This document shows, piece after piece, positions 1 to 13,733 of a stretch of 64,000 nucleotides of DNA (within the stretch, counting starts at the first letter, position 1; each line of letters opens with the position of its first letter). Below the pieces are notes generated by a model. That model was not told the DNA's origin. It was given only the letters and a program-made list of their open reading frames with translations, and ran no database searches. Made by a program: the position numbers and the translations under genes. The stretch comes from Entomortierella parvispora E1425 (taxonomy: Eukaryota > Fungi > Mortierellomycota): contig BQFW01000005.1 of NCBI GenBank assembly GCA_020891255.1, forward strand, positions 1,302,001 to 1,366,000, written 5' to 3'.

Positions 1-1179
1 GGGAGGGACGATTGAGAAACAACCTTTACGTTTACTGCAGGCTTTTTCTTCGGTCCGTTCAGTCTCCATCGCCGGAACAACATAAGGCAAGCACAAAGTC
101 TCTGACATCCATTTTTCCACAAATAAAAAAAAAAAAAAACTTCCACCACCACTGTGCGATGCAGTAGCGAAAGCTGGAGTCACAATCTTGTTGACCTTGC
201 AATGGGCTCGCTTGTGAGGGCCGGATTGTTGCAACCTTTTGGTTCGCATGTTAAAGAGGGAGAGTGCGGCACATTCATCACTACTTTGTGTTGGACACAA
301 TGCGAAATTCTCGATCCTCAAAAAAAAAAAAGCGGGCTTGGATTCCACCTGACAATTTCAGTGGCTCGCTCTGTACCAACCATGTCCAACCTTACGTCAA
401 GCCCCATAGCAGAACAAAAGCTCTCAACTCACCAGCAACAGAAGCGTGTCTACAACCCTAGTAGCGTTTACGATCCTGCCACTCCAAACCCTGCCACGCC
501 AATCAAGCCCAAACAGCTCGGCTCAACCAATGTGACCACCTCCCCTTAAAAAAAACTCCATTCACAGCTCCTTCTACACTTGTCTGACTTCTAGTCCTCT
601 CCGCTGTGATGTTGCTAATGTTGGTTTGTAAGTACTCACAAGTCAAATCTACTTTCTGTGTCGTCAGTTACAACTGATTGCCATATTAATAAATTTTCTC
701 TTGGTCATTTCTACCTAGTGTGGTTGCTCTTCCCTTGACCTTTATTATTGCATGGCACGAATCGGTGGTTTGAAGACTACCGATTGATCCTTCAGCCGCC
801 GCTCAACAGTTAGTTTCTCAAGAACAGCGGCTTTGTCTTCGCTGGCTGTAACCTGACAACCTGTGGATCTAGTAGAGGTCGGTGGTTGGTCTTCCTCCTC
901 CTCCCTCCTCCTTCCCCTCCTCAGCGTTGTAAACGCCAATGCCAATTTCCAGGCCCTCTTCTTCAGTGGAATAGGCGAAGCTAATTATTGTTTGTTGGGC
1001 GCCTTTTTGTTTTTGTTATTCACGTTTTGTTTGGAAATGTCTCGCGCAACTGACTCACTTCTCATTTCATTGTTCACTTGGTCGTTTCATTATATCTTGC
1101 CATGCCAAGCCCAACATCCTTCACAGAGCACAGCGACCATGAAGATGATAATCATTCAACGATAAGCGACAGCACTACT

Positions 1180-1245
1180 TGTCCCTTATGTGGAGATGCG
1201 TTTTCAAACTCGGGCAGTCTTCGGAACCATAAAGCCAGGAGCCAC
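1180..1245 (+). pseudogene. Isolated C2H2 zinc-finger coding fragment, probably the 5' part of the degraded PIF1-containing locus
   Basis: ORF 1078-1503 contains CPLCGDAFSNSGSLRNHKARSH (C-x2-C-x3-F-x5-L-x2-H-x4-H). No convincing intact gene around it. Confidence 0.45.
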
Positions 1246-1524
1246 GATGGTGAACGCAGGAGAATCTGGCCATTGAAGTGCCTTTGGTGTTCTATCCCCC
1301 CCTATAATGAAGATGGATGGGATGGGCGTGCCTGCGCAATTGAAGAAAAGAAAATGTTAGCAGATGAAAACAAGCGTTCGTCAAAGCACAATGGGCCAAG
1401 TCTCTGGGACTTACAAGGGTGCAAGGGCGATGCGTGTGTTTTTGCCAGCCATTACGTCCAGCCCGCGAATAGATTTTTTTGTGCGGAATTGAGTGCTCCT
1501 TAACTGACTTGCTTTATTTTGGAT

Positions 1525-1641
1525 ACGGTGTGAAAGCCAATCTTTTACATGCGCTAGAACCAATCTGTAGAAAAGACCGCTGCGGGATACCTTGTATACA
1601 CGGTGTGAAAGACAAATTTTTACATGCTCTAGAACCAATCT
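1525..1641 (+). repeat. 42-bp direct repeat, 75-bp period
   Basis: 1525-1566 vs 1600-1641, 38/42 identical; in frame (GVKANLLHALEPI / GVKDKFLHALEPI). Confidence 0.8.
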
Positions 1642-1869
1642 CCCGATGGCATCATCAGATAGCTGCAACTGAGGACTATTATGAGCCAAGGTATCAGGGT
1701 CCCAGGATCTGACCTTGCCACCGAAAAATGCTCCAAATGACCCTAAAAACATCAAGTCGACCCCACGCTTCAGGGGTTTAGCACGGGGGCCCCCTTTGAG
1801 GTCATGGCCGGATTCCGACGGGGAGGAGGCCGGACAGGACCCCCCTGTATTCCAGCTCGGTGTGGAGCA

Positions 1870-2830
1870 GATGGCCCAACATGGGCTATATTTTTCTGGG
1901 CTATATTTTTTCACGGGCGCAGCTGGCACAGGAAAGTCGGAGTGTTGAAGGAGCTCTGTCGTCAATTAAAGGCAACCACAACGTACGAGTCTGTGGTATT
2001 GGCACTCTCCGGCATCGCTGCATTTAATGTCGGGGGATTGACGCTGCATCACTTTTTCGGCGTCTCGGGGGCCCGTCCTACCGGTTAGTCTGCGAATGTG
2101 GAGGCCTTTATCCCGAGTCTGTTCCAGACCGAATGGAGCCTTGTGAGAATCAGGACCTAGGGAAGAAAGCCTTTCCTTGTTCTCGATGAGAGTTCGATGG
2201 TCTCGAGAGAGATGCTGGATCAGATCAGTCAATGTCTTCAGGATCTCAGTCGTGTCGCAGGCCGTTGTGGAACCCTTCGGAGGAATCCCTTTTGTTATCT
2301 TTGCTGATCTGGCTCAGCTGGAGCCCTTTCAACGGTCGAGACGGACCACCGCGCTCGGAGAGACTATGGACACTGACGACCATGACCAGTGGATCTTTTG
2401 TTTGGCCCACTTTGATTCCTTTACGCGTCTCACCCTGTCCACTTCGTGTCGTCAAGCCAAGGACAACTCCTTCTTTGCCTTTTTGCAGATCATTCGGCGA
2501 CAACCCCAGACACAAGAAGAAGCCAACTATATCTGGGGGATCTTGAAAGGCAGGTACAATGTTCCGTTACAAGGAGGTGCAACCGAGCTCAGCTCCAGAA
2601 GGATAGAGGTGGACCGAATGAACAACGCCGTGTAGCCGTGTACGCAACAAGTAGACCCGAAGACAGGATCGACTTGATGGCGGTGGATTCTCGAAAGAGC
2701 AGCGCGACCGTCGACTCGTTCTCCGACTGGGTCGAGTACAGGACAGGGCTTACCACGGTATTATGGGCCTTTACGGTGCCAAAGTCATGATCTCGGGCAT
2801 CATCACTTCAAAGTTTTGTCCCAAGTCCCA
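1870..2830 (+). pseudogene. Degraded PIF1-family (SF1B) DNA helicase
   Basis: Motifs occur in order across frames: FTGAAGTGKS (Walker A), ALSGIAAFNVGGLTLHHFF, LVLDESSMVS (Walker B), PFGGIPFVIFADLAQLEP, LSTSCRQAKDNSF, GAKVMI. At least two in-frame TAG stops and several frameshifts. Confidence 0.85.
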
Positions 2831-3225
2831 ATGTTGAACGTTGACCCCTCACTTTTTTTTTTTTTTTTTTTTTTTGTGCCTCCCCGTGCTAGAGCCATGT
2901 GCGAAACGCATTTTCTTAACCAAATTATGACGTCGACTTTGCTCTCGATTGAATTGTGCTGCTTTCTAATTGGCCGGCCCCGTGCAACGCCGTTACTTAA
3001 CGTCCCTCTACACGACCCAAGAGATCGCAACGTGGATTTCAAATCCCTGTTCGGCCGTAGTCCTCGATGCCTTTGATAAATCTGTCCGCCATGATGCTCG
3101 CAAAAAGACTATGGGCTGGGAGAAGTCTATCGGGGTTACTGGTGTGAGCAAACGTACCAGACCTGAGGAACCGGGTACCCGTACTGGCGGATACGGAGAA
3201 TGAAAAAAAAAAGATACGCGCTTTA

Positions 3226-6200
3226 TTATTGCACTGCGCCAGCTTTCGACACAGGTGCCGGAGCAGATGCAGTTGCTGTCACAACAGTGGCGCCGTCGTT
3301 AGTCGTAGGGACGCCAGTATTATTAATATTCTGCTGGTTGACGTTACGGTCCTGTTCACCGTCCTTGATAACCGCCACGGCCGCTGCCTGATTATTAGCC
3401 TTGGCGGCCTTCTCTCCATCTCGGAGCTGGAGCTTCATTTTTTCAATCACGGAGAGGTACAGGAACAGCTGGCCCTCCTGGTGGACTACCGTCTTGCGAT
3501 GTTTGATGATCTGAGCCTTCATGGCCTCGACCTTGGCCGCATACTGGGCTCGGAGAGCCTTGGCCGCCTCGGTCTGATCCTGGATCATGTTTTCGTTCAA
3601 CTGAATCTTTTCCAACAAACTGTTGCGTTCTTGCTCCATCTCTTCCAGTTGCGCCACTAGATTGTCAAATTGTTGCTGCTGACGGCGCGTGCTGGTGGAC
3701 TGGGCCAGATCGTCCCGACGACTGCCAGCTCGGGTGGAAGAAGATAGAGACAGCTTTTCAATCTGTTTGTCTTTTTGCTGCACCTGTTGTGTGAGCTGTT
3801 GTTGTCGCTCCAAGGCCAGATCGAGATCCTGTTGGAGTAATCTCTGTTGATCCTCCATCGCCTGCCGATCTTGCTCCATTCTCTGCATTTGGTCTTGCAT
3901 GGTCTCTAGATCGCCATCGCACTGTTCCAGTTGTCGACGTTGTTGCTCCAGATATTCATCCTGGTACGACCGAGACTCGAGGAGTTCCAAATGCTCTTGC
4001 TTCAATTCTCGGACCTTGTCTTGCAATCTCGTCACGACCTCATTCAGGGGTAGCTCACGGATCGCATCTACATCCGCAGCTGTCAGAGGTTGGGGCACGG
4101 GTGGTCTTGGACGATGACCTTCTTCGGGGTCTTGGTCGTCGTCGTCTTCATGTTCCTGCATCATTTGGGCAGCTGCATGGGCAATTTCTTCCACCTCGAC
4201 CAACAAGTCCTGCAAAGTGTTCGTCTCAAGCTCCACTTGATGTCCATCGTTCCGTCTGGACCATTGCTGCTGCTGCTGGAGAAGGTTCAAATCTTCTTCT
4301 TTGTGATTCAAAAGAGTCTCTAGGTCTGCAGCCCTGTTCCTTTCTTCATCAAGTGCCTGGCGTGTCCAGTTCAGATCCTTGGACAATTGCGTAAACTCGG
4401 CCTGCAGATCCTTGATATCCAGACCCATGTCATCAACCGCGTTTCGTGCCAAGTCTCGCTCCTGCTCCACTTGCTGGATCCGATCGTCCTTCTCTGCCAA
4501 CAGATGCTGCTGGTCCTCCAGTTGTAATTCTAGCTCATGAATCGCGGCTGCCTGCGCTTGTACAGAGGCCACCGAGGTGGTGGCTGACTTTGCAAGCTGG
4601 ACCCTCTGCTGATCCAGTTCTGCCTGGAGCTGTCGGATCTTGGCTTCACTCAATTGACTGGATTCCTCTTGGGACTCGAGCAACATCTGGATCCGGTTCT
4701 GGTGCTTCCGACTCGATTCCTTCTCCAGCGTCAATTCTTGAATAATTTCCTTGAGTTCAGTCTGGCGGTGCTTGAGTTCCTTCTTGTGCTGATCCCTCAT
4801 CTCTTGCAGATCCTGGTCCCCGTTCGCCTCTTGGACGTTCAACTGGACTTCTAAAGAATGAGCCCGCGCCTGGAAAGAGTCTAGCTGCCGTTGTCGAAGG
4901 TCCAGGAGATCATCGCGTTCCTCAAGGGTAGCCTGCAACTGCACAATCTGATCCTCTTTGCTCTGGAGTGTTTCGACCAACTCGTCTACTCTAGCTCGGA
5001 CTCGGGACCGTGCCTCCTGATCTTCTGCATTCAGATCCTTCTCTCTCCGAAGATCCCGCTCCAACTTTTGGTTTCTATGTACATGTTGCGCGATCGTGGC
5101 TTTACTTTGCTCTTCTTGTTGGGCCATCTGATCCCTCAGCTCCTGGAGTTGACGTCGAAGAGCCATATTCTCAGAGACCAACAGTTTCGAATCCCTGTCT
5201 CCCTCCCGACGGGTCAATGTGCTGTCTAGGGTCGACTGGAGCTCCCGCTGCTTCCTTTGAGCTTCCTGGGTTTCCTTTTCCAACCGCGAGCGCTCCTGGG
5301 CGGCTTCTTGTGCCTGTTGTCTAGACGTTTCTAGATCCTCAGCATACTTTTCAGATTTACTCAAAAGTGCCTGAGCCTGCTCAGAGAGTTCCTGTACCTT
5401 GGCAGCATGCTCTGCCGTGGCGTTTCGTTCTCGCTCTAAATCCTCTCGGAGTTGTTGTTGCAGGATATTACTTTGGTCCAACATGACCCGAGCCTCTTCT
5501 AGTTCCAATCGCTCCTTCTCACGTTCCAGGCGATCCAACCTGTCCATCTCTTCCTCCTCCTCATCCAGACTCAAGTCATCGTCCTCCAGACCGTCCTGAT
5601 GGGACAAGACAAGGTTGTGTTCTTGAATCATAGACTTGAGTTCAAGCAGTCGACGGTTGTTGGCCTGAACAGCTTGGATCCTTTGGTCCAATTGCTGCTC
5701 ATAGATCCGCATCCGCTCCTGGATCTGCCTTGATAGAAGATCTTTAGGAATCAGACGCGAATTCGTCCCCGTCCCTGCAAGAGACAAGAGTTCGCTTTCC
5801 AGTGGCTGTCGGATCAGTTCCAAAGACGCATCCGGTGAGGGTGTGGGTGCGATTCCACGAGGGTTGGGGATAAAGATGGGACCTGACAAGACCCGAGGAG
5901 GTGGAGGTTGACGTGTCATGGACGATTTTTCCTTGTAAGAATCATTCTTTTCGTCCCTGGCTCCCTGTGATCCAGCATGTTGTGTGGGTGACTGACCCTG
6001 GAAAGCGTCCTTGAGACGTTCTGGGATGGAGCTCAAAGATGCCGAGCGACGGTCTGGAGCATTGGATTCTGGTGATGATATACTCGATCGAAGAGTTCTT
6101 GAAGGGTGTTGGGGTTTGGTGTCCTCACTTTCTGTTTGATTCTTTGCGGCTGTTGGAGCCGGTGTTGCTGTGGATGCAGAAGTCGCTGTGGCGGCGAGTG

Positions 6201-6986
6201 CCGAGAAAGGTGGGAATCTGCCTGATTTCCGTTTCGAAGGGGATTTGGGCGAATGAGCTACATCTCTTTGAATATCCAGTTGACGCTGCCAGTCCTTGTT
6301 GTCAGAGATACGGCGGGTCTGGGACATGATGGAACGGGGATCGGTTCCTGCACGGGTGTCGAGCATAGTCATGGTCGTGGTCAAGGATGAATTCGGATGG
6401 GTGGAGGTCCAGACCACCGTGTCCTTGTCGTTTGGGTATGGATACACGGCCCTGAACGCGTCTCCAGAGTGTTTTCCAAAGGACGACAAGGGCGATGAAG
6501 AGTACGAGGGTGAGGAAGCCTTCCGTTCGCCAGCTTCACTTGTCGTCCCGAAGCTGACCGATGGACTTGACTCTGCATTGGTTCTGCGGTTGGTGTCCAG
6601 CTGTCCAGGTTGTTGAGGAGAATGTTTCTTTGACAATGCTGAATTCCGCACGCGAGTTGGAGATGTCGATGTTGGTGATCCTGTGGGTAGCAACAGAAAG
6701 GTTTGGTTGCAGGAGTGTTAGAAAAGAGGACGCATGCTCTCAAGCGAAAAGAATCCTAATCGCAAATGGAGTTTATGCTACGCGTTTGATTGCAGATGGA
6801 TGGACTCTTTCAATTACCAGACGACGTGTTAATTCCGGCAAGAGACTGATACTGATGAGAAGACAGCGATGGGGCTCGTCCTGAGAGCGACTTTGACAAG
6901 GCGCCATGTCCGGTAGCTGGGGTATCGTTGGGGGGTGAAGTTTTTCCTGAAGGTGCAGGGGCAGCAGGTGCTGTAGTCCGGAGCAT
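3226..6986 (-). CDS. Large coiled-coil protein (~1,207 aa) with Ser/Pro-rich disordered N-terminus; function unknown
   Basis: Model complement(join(3226..6680,6818..6986)). ATG at 6986; phase-1 intron with GTAATT donor, CTAAC branch point and CAG acceptor. The track ORF starts at TTG inside the intron. Long E/Q/L/R heptad-rich region. Confidence 0.8.
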
Positions 6987-8644
6987 GATGAATAAAAGTA
7001 CACAAACGGGGAATCAAAAATGAGTCAAAAAAGAGTCGATGGGAACGGACGCGTCTGCTTGCTCGTCCAAGTGTCCCGGAGGTCGAAGGCAAGAGAGCAA
7101 GTGAGTGAGGCGAGAGTCCTTGCAGCGATGCAGCGTTGTCCGATGGGTGCAGAGATGATGCTTGGTGTTGATGATCGGCCAGAAAGCAGTGTGCAAGGAA
7201 CTACCGTTATTAAGGGGCGCGCGAAAAGGAATGTGTGTTGGTCCCATGGACCGACCTCGTGCAGGGAAAACAGAAGAATGATCCTACGACAAGCCTCTGT
7301 CCCTTGAATTGCCAATAGCTGCAGAGAGATAGCAAAAAGGGCATATTGTAGGACAGTCATGAAGAGTTTAGACAGAGAGGATTAACTCCAGTAGCCGATG
7401 CTCCTTGAAAAGAACACGCACAGCAAACAGAGCTCAACGCGCTCTCTAGAAGCCGTCTTTCTAGGAAGCTAGAAAGGACTACAGCAAGTAACTGTGCACA
7501 ATTACACCGTGCCGTCCTGTTGATACCTTTCTCCCAAGGAATATTGCCGCGGACAATTGAAAAGAGATTACCTAACCGGTCCATTCTCACAGGGAGTCAA
7601 AGAAACGGGGGGGGGAACAAACTAGCCAGGGCTGTGTACATTTACCAAGGAAGCATGTGGTCCACCCCCTTGAGGCCACTTGTTTTCGACGACCATCGGG
7701 CCAACAAGACGCAAAAAAAAAAACAAAAACACATTCTCACGCGCGCGAACGAGTTATCGCCAATAGCACATTCAAACGCGTCGGCACTGATTGTTGTGCA
7801 TGTCTACTTTGCCACTAATGCTCCATGTTTTCGTATCGTCAACAGCGCGATGGAGATAAAAATAGCCGTAAGCTGTGTTTGTTTTCGCTCTGCCCTGAGA
7901 AGGACCTTGTCCAGACGCGACAAAAAGACAAAAGGAGGTTCGTGCAACAATGGTCCAGAGAGCTGTGTTTTTTGAGAGTGCAAAATAAAAAATCACTCAT
8001 TTGGCAGGCTCCCTGACAACATTGTCGAGGATACACTTTCTACGGCTGGACTGGATAGCACTTATTGATGTAGACAAAACCCGCGACGCGATACGACCAG
8101 GAACCCTGGAATGGCCAGAGTCCTTGCGATTCGAACAACCCATCCGGTTTGCGCCCCAGCGTGTGAGTACATACGCTAGCGGCTCTGGAATGGTGGTGTC
8201 TTTTTGTTGAACTTGTGTCTTTGTTTGCATGCATGAGGGCAAAGGTCGCACAACCATTGACTTGTTCCTGTTTGTCGGGATGGGACCTCCCCACCCCCCG
8301 CCGGCAGAATACAAAAGAGAAAACACAAGAAAGCTGCCCGCCCTGGCGCGCGCTCTCTCGTTTGTCGTTTGTGGCACACGATTTGCACAAGTGAAAGGGA
8401 AGAAAGAAAAAAACCACCGCACGTTGCTCTTTGACCGTCTTTGCCTTCAGTGCCCCCGATCCCGCGCCCCGGTCGATGCATCTTCCCTTCTTCATCCTCA
8501 TTTGCACCCCTAATTCATTCTCATCTTTCTCTCTTTTACATTCTTCCTTTTGTTTTGATTGTGGCGACATCTGCGGTCGAGTGTCACTCCTCCCCCTCCA
8601 CCTTCCCTTTTTTTCTTTTTTTTTTTTTTTTTTATCCTGGAAAG

Positions 8645-11600
8645 ATGCTTCAAAGGATATTCACGACCAAGAACGGGGCGGCAGCCCGTTCCAGGTCTCC
8701 ACTCCTCTTGTTCATCCTCCTTCTTTTCATCGCACCCCTCACAGTCTTTGCAGACACCCCTCCCAGCCCTCGACGACTCCCCGCCTTTGCTAAATTCAAC
8801 AACAAGTTGTATCTTCAGGGCGGTTATAACGCAACAGATTATGTAGGCCAATTGATGTCCCTGGACCTCTCAGTGAACTGGCCCTCCAGTGCCCCTGCAT
8901 GGGACACCTCTCTGCCAGCCGGCATCATCACCTCCCGACATGGCATGGCCGCCATCCCTCGAAATTTCTCGGCCGGGTTGGGCAACAGCACTCAGGGCTA
9001 CTTGCTCCTCGTCGGGTCGTCCAACAACATCACCGCCTCGTTTTGGAATGCCTATGATATTCAACAAAATCGTTGGTCCTCGGTAGCGGTGACGCCCAAA
9101 GCCCCCTTGACTGCCGCGGATTCCTTTCCACATCTGCAGGGGCAGTCGGTAGTAACAGACCCAAGTACAGGCTACGTCTATGTGGTTGGCGGTTACTGGA
9201 ACACGTCGTACAATCGATTGATGATTATGGATCCCTCAACAAGGACTCTGCTGAGTTTTGAGACCGTTACAAACAAGACAAGTCTGACGAGTGAGAGTGC
9301 CGTCTGGTCCACCGCCAGGAACACCATCCTGGTCTTTGGAGGGTCAGTGGCCCCACCCAATGTGGCGGCTGGCATCTCACTGGCGACAGTGCAAGAATAC
9401 AACCCGGCAACGGCCGTTTGGTCGTCCTTGGTATGTAGGGGATTGGTCTGTTTGCTTTACACTCTCCGTCGCTCCCTCCGCCCTCTCTCCATGTTGTTTT
9501 TAAGTGCAAAAGATATCTGTCAAAGGATACAGCGGAAGAGCAACTTTGAAAGAAAGAGAATTTCGCTCTCGGAGGAAATAGAGCCGCTCTCAGTCCAATT
9601 GCTGATGTCTGTGCCCACTTGTCCCAAATCTAATAGGCAACCACAGGCGACACCCCCGCTGGCCGCATGGACCAGTGCGTAGCTGCTAGTAAGTGGAATT
9701 TCGAAACTTTCCCCCCTGCTCCAAGAGACCTCCACTTTCATCCCCTTACTGTTCGCCCTCACGCTTTTTGCACTTGGTTTAAATGTCATTGACAGCACTG
9801 ACCGCCTTTTTGGTTTTTTCCTTGCAGGTGATGACGGAACAACAATGATTTTATTTGGCGGCTCCAACGGTGGCACCACGTTCTACAATTCCATCTACCT
9901 CTTCGATGTGGCCACCGCAAAATGGACTCAAGGAACCCCTGCTCCCAACTTCCGGACTCGAATGGCTTGCGCGTACAGTCAAAACCAGTTTGTGGCCTGG
10001 GGTGGATCCAGTGGAGATGATCGATCGACCATGTTGAACACAGGACCCGTCATTTACGACATTCAGTTTGACAAGTGGTCAGGAACCTATAGTAGTACCC
10101 CTCCCACAGCCCCCCCAGCACCCTCGCCAGGCAACGGTACTGATAGCGGAAGCTCAGGCGGTGGCAGCGGCGGCAAGAGTTCAGGGGCTGTCATTGGAGG
10201 AGCCGTAGGGGCTGTGGTGGTGATTGTAGCAGTGATTGGGTTCATCTTTTACAAGAAGAAAAAGAATAGAGCTCAAAAGGCATTCAGTGAAGACGCCAGG
10301 GTAGCTGCTTCCCTCGCCGCTGACGGAGATAACTCTTACCACAACCCCAAAGGTTCCTCAGACGATAGCCCTCCACCATCGACAGCGACCCCCGATGGAG
10401 CAAAAGGTTTTTACGCCAACAAGAAGAGTACACCCTCTAATGACTACTTGATTGCATCCAAGAACCGGCGACAACAACAGCAGATGTTGTATCAACAGCA
10501 ACTGCTACTGCAACAGCAACAGGAGCAGCAGCAACAGCAGCACCCTTGGGTTATCAACACTGCAACGACACCCAAGGCAGATGCGGTGACAATGGCTGGT
10601 CTCCTGTCGGAATCGAGGCCATACACTGGGTACACGGACGCCTATTCTGAGCACGACGAGCAGCTGTCGTTGGTGCCACCCAGCTCTAACTGGAGCAGCG
10701 TGAGTGGAAGCCGACCCCATTCTGGCACGGGTCTATTGACAAACGACGAAAGAGGTGCTGCAGCTCAAAACAACTCTAACGCCTTTGTGATCCACCACCC
10801 TCTTCAAAAGCAGGGAGGCTCTAACCCGTTGCCGCCTGCCATTCCCGAGACCCCTCCTTTCCAGTCGACCCTCGCTGCTGCCGCTGCTGGATTGGCCTCA
10901 GCCCTTTCTGCCAACAACAGCTCTCAGTCCGGCTCGGTAAAGAGTCATAGTGGCCCCATCCATATCCCGACCCACAGTCAGCTCAACACCATGATCTCTG
11001 GCCCAATCCCCAACGCGCAAAACCAAATGCTCAATACTGCCAACTTTACAAGCTCCAACCCAAGCACGGGTTCCGCTATGAGCCTTGGCACGGGTCCCTC
11101 TCAGGGTATCTCGCCTCCTATGTCGCCTGTAGGTACTGCGTTCTCATCCGACCAGCAAGTGCAGCAACAGTTGCCTCGACAGATGTATGCGGGCAGTGCA
11201 GGAAACCGCAGCATCAGCAGCGAGATTGGTGTTCCTGGACAGTTCAAGCAATTGGGCAATTACCAGCCACAACCTTACCGACCTGGCCCTTACCAACCGG
11301 GCTCTGCCACTTCCTCCGCTGCCATTTCAGTGCCGGGTTCAGTCACAGGATCGCAGTCGAACCCGTACGCTCCACCTTCAAGACCCTATACAGCTGCGGA
11401 CACAGCCGCCTCGTCCTCTTCTGATGACATCCAACATCCCATGCAACAGCAACAGCAACAGCAACAGCAGCAGAAGCAGAAGCAGCAGAAACAGCAGCAG
11501 CAGCAGCAGCAGAACCGAGCCATGAACGATCAGAGTAACAGTGACGCGTCCCGCCCTCGATCGCCCTCTGCGTTGTTGAAGGACACGGACGAGATGTATG

Positions 11601-12217
11601 GCGCATCGCCTAACATGAGTGCCCTTCGGGACTCGAAGAGTCCTCAAATTTACCCCGATATTCTGGCCTACTACGCTGCCACTGCGCCCTCGACCCCTGC
11701 CTTGGCCAACAAGTCGTTTGATGGGTTGGATGCGAAGCAACAGGAATTGCTTCAGCAGCTGTACCAGGAGCATCAACAGCAGTTGCAGCAGTTGCTCCTT
11801 AAGCAGCAGCTGCAGCAAAGGGAACAAGAGCTGGAGTTGCAAATACACCAGCAGCAACAGCAATTGCAACAGCAACAGCTAGAGCTTCAACGGCAGCAGC
11901 AGCAACAGCTTCAACAACAGCAGCTCCAACAGCTACAGTATCAGCTACACCAGCAAGAGCTTCAGGAGCAGCAGCGGCAGCAGCAGCTACGACACTACTT
12001 GCCTTCTGGAATGCCTTCTGGACAGATGTCTGGTTATAATGCGCAAAAGGAGGCTCAGATGGCGGCTATGGGTTATAACGCGCAAAAGGCGGCCCAGATG
12101 GCGGCTATGGGCCAGGGCCGTAGCGAAGGGTACCGGTCTCCGTCCCCGTCCCGTGGTCCGCACTTGTACGTGGCTGGAACCCCCACGGACTATGTAGCGC
12201 CACCCCGCAAGTACTAA
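8645..12217 (+). CDS. Kelch/galactose-oxidase-type beta-propeller single-pass membrane protein with Q-rich cytosolic tail
   Basis: join(8645..9430,9637..9688,9828..12217); GT-AG introns keep frame. N-terminal hydrophobic signal, kelch repeats (LYLQGG, VYVVGG, ILVFGG, MILFGG, FVAWGG), TM segment VIGGAVGAVVVIVAVIGFIFY followed by KKKK, polyQ tail. Confidence 0.85.
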
Positions 12218-12534
12218 ATCGTTTGCGATAGACCTTCCTTTTGAATAGTAACAAAAAATAATACATTGATATGATTGCCAAAGCACACAGCATTGGGTCA
12301 AAGTGAAGAGTGTTGCTGTCAATTTTCATACTTCATATCCGCCAAGGTAAAAAAACCAAGCCACCCAATACGATCTGAAAATGGCAGTCACGAATTTTTC
12401 ATCCCGGGTGTCCAGGAACCGAATGCAGCCAGCAGCGTGTGCATGCGAGTCAATGACCAGATCTTGATTCTCCGTTGCATCCATCCTTCGATCCATCTCC
12501 TCTCCTTTATATATAATCCGCCCTCCTTTCCATA

Positions 12535-13733
12535 ATGCAAGCTGCCGCCGCCTCATCTCTCCGCTTCGCCTCGCGTCGCCACTTCTCTAGCTCGGCTGTT
12601 GCCCGCTCCGAGCAGGCTGCTGCCCCTGTTGTCACCTACAAGCGTCCCGTCGGTGGATTCCGTGGAGGGTAAAAAAAACAGGCGACATCAAAATGACCTT
12701 CGGACCAGGAACAGATCCCCTCATCTGCCGAATGGACGTGTTTGACTTGGGGGGATTACAGGAACGGGATTTTATGGATGAGAACCTGGTTTCACGGCGA
12801 TCAGCATCTCGTGCCTGAAGACGATGATCAGCCTTTATTCAGGAACCAGGGAGGTTTGGGCTTTTGACCACCCATGGACGCGATTTTGATAGAGTGGAGT
12901 GTGCTACTCAACAAAGGCTCTTTTGTCCAGGGAGGACAAGGAAGTGGTCAAGGTCATGAAGGACCCGACACCCCGAAATGCCGCGGTTACTTTGAGTCTT
13001 GAGGAACCACACTTTCCTCCGCTCCCTCTTTGGCATCGCTACCCTTGACTTTCCGAGCAAATGATGGTGGCTAACAATTACCTGGAAAACCGGATGGAGA
13101 TACTGCATCTGGAATATAAGAATAGACGTCTTGGATATTCCGACTGGAATCATCAGGGCTCCACAAACGTTACCACACTTTTACGATTACTGATCGACCA
13201 TTCATACTTTTGCATTATCTTTCACAGCATTCTCGGATTTTTGATCGGAGCCACTGCTGCCGGTGGTGCAGGATACTACTACCTCTTGGAGGAATACCAG
13301 ACTGCCTCCAACCTTCTCTTGACCAGCGTTGAGGACTTGCAGACTTCCACCAACAAGGTATACACATTTCTTGGATATGAAGTCTTTCATATCCGCGGTC
13401 TAGCAAAAAAGCAATTTCTCCGCAGATGCTGGTGTACACGTCTGCGATTAAGGTGTAGAACCACCCACGTATATACCTGATACTTACTTCGTTCTTTTTT
13501 GATTCTCTTTGGTCCTCTAGGTCCGTGATTATGCCAAGAAGATCGAGTCTGTCGAGGCTGAGTTGAAGTCGTTGAAGGCCAAGACTGCCACCGTAGAACA
13601 ATTGAACGACTTCAAGGCTGACGTCAAGAAGGTATACGACGGCTTGAACATTGAGCACCTCGAGCTCAAGTCGCACGTCTGGGGCTTGGAGATGGATCTC
13701 CAGAAGGTCCAGCAGCAGGCTAAGGAGGTTTAA
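12535..13733 (+). CDS. Small conserved-type fungal membrane protein, probably mitochondrial
   Basis: join(12535..12668,13228..13357,13521..13733) reads MQAAAASSLRFASRRHFSSSAVAR (presequence-like)...RPVGGFRGGILGFLIGATAAGGAGYYYLLEEY...coiled coil. Splice phases are consistent. The track does not show it as one ORF. Confidence 0.8.

Noticed and set aside
3229-6884. Plus-strand ORFs overlapping the coiled-coil gene (and similar shadow ORFs over chs, FUN30, the kelch gene and pol)
   Set aside because: Antisense or alternate-frame by-products of long coding sequence, with no motifs.
12032-12109. 39-bp tandem repeat (GYNAQK.AQMAAM x2)
   Set aside because: Ordinary in-frame duplication in a low-complexity tail.
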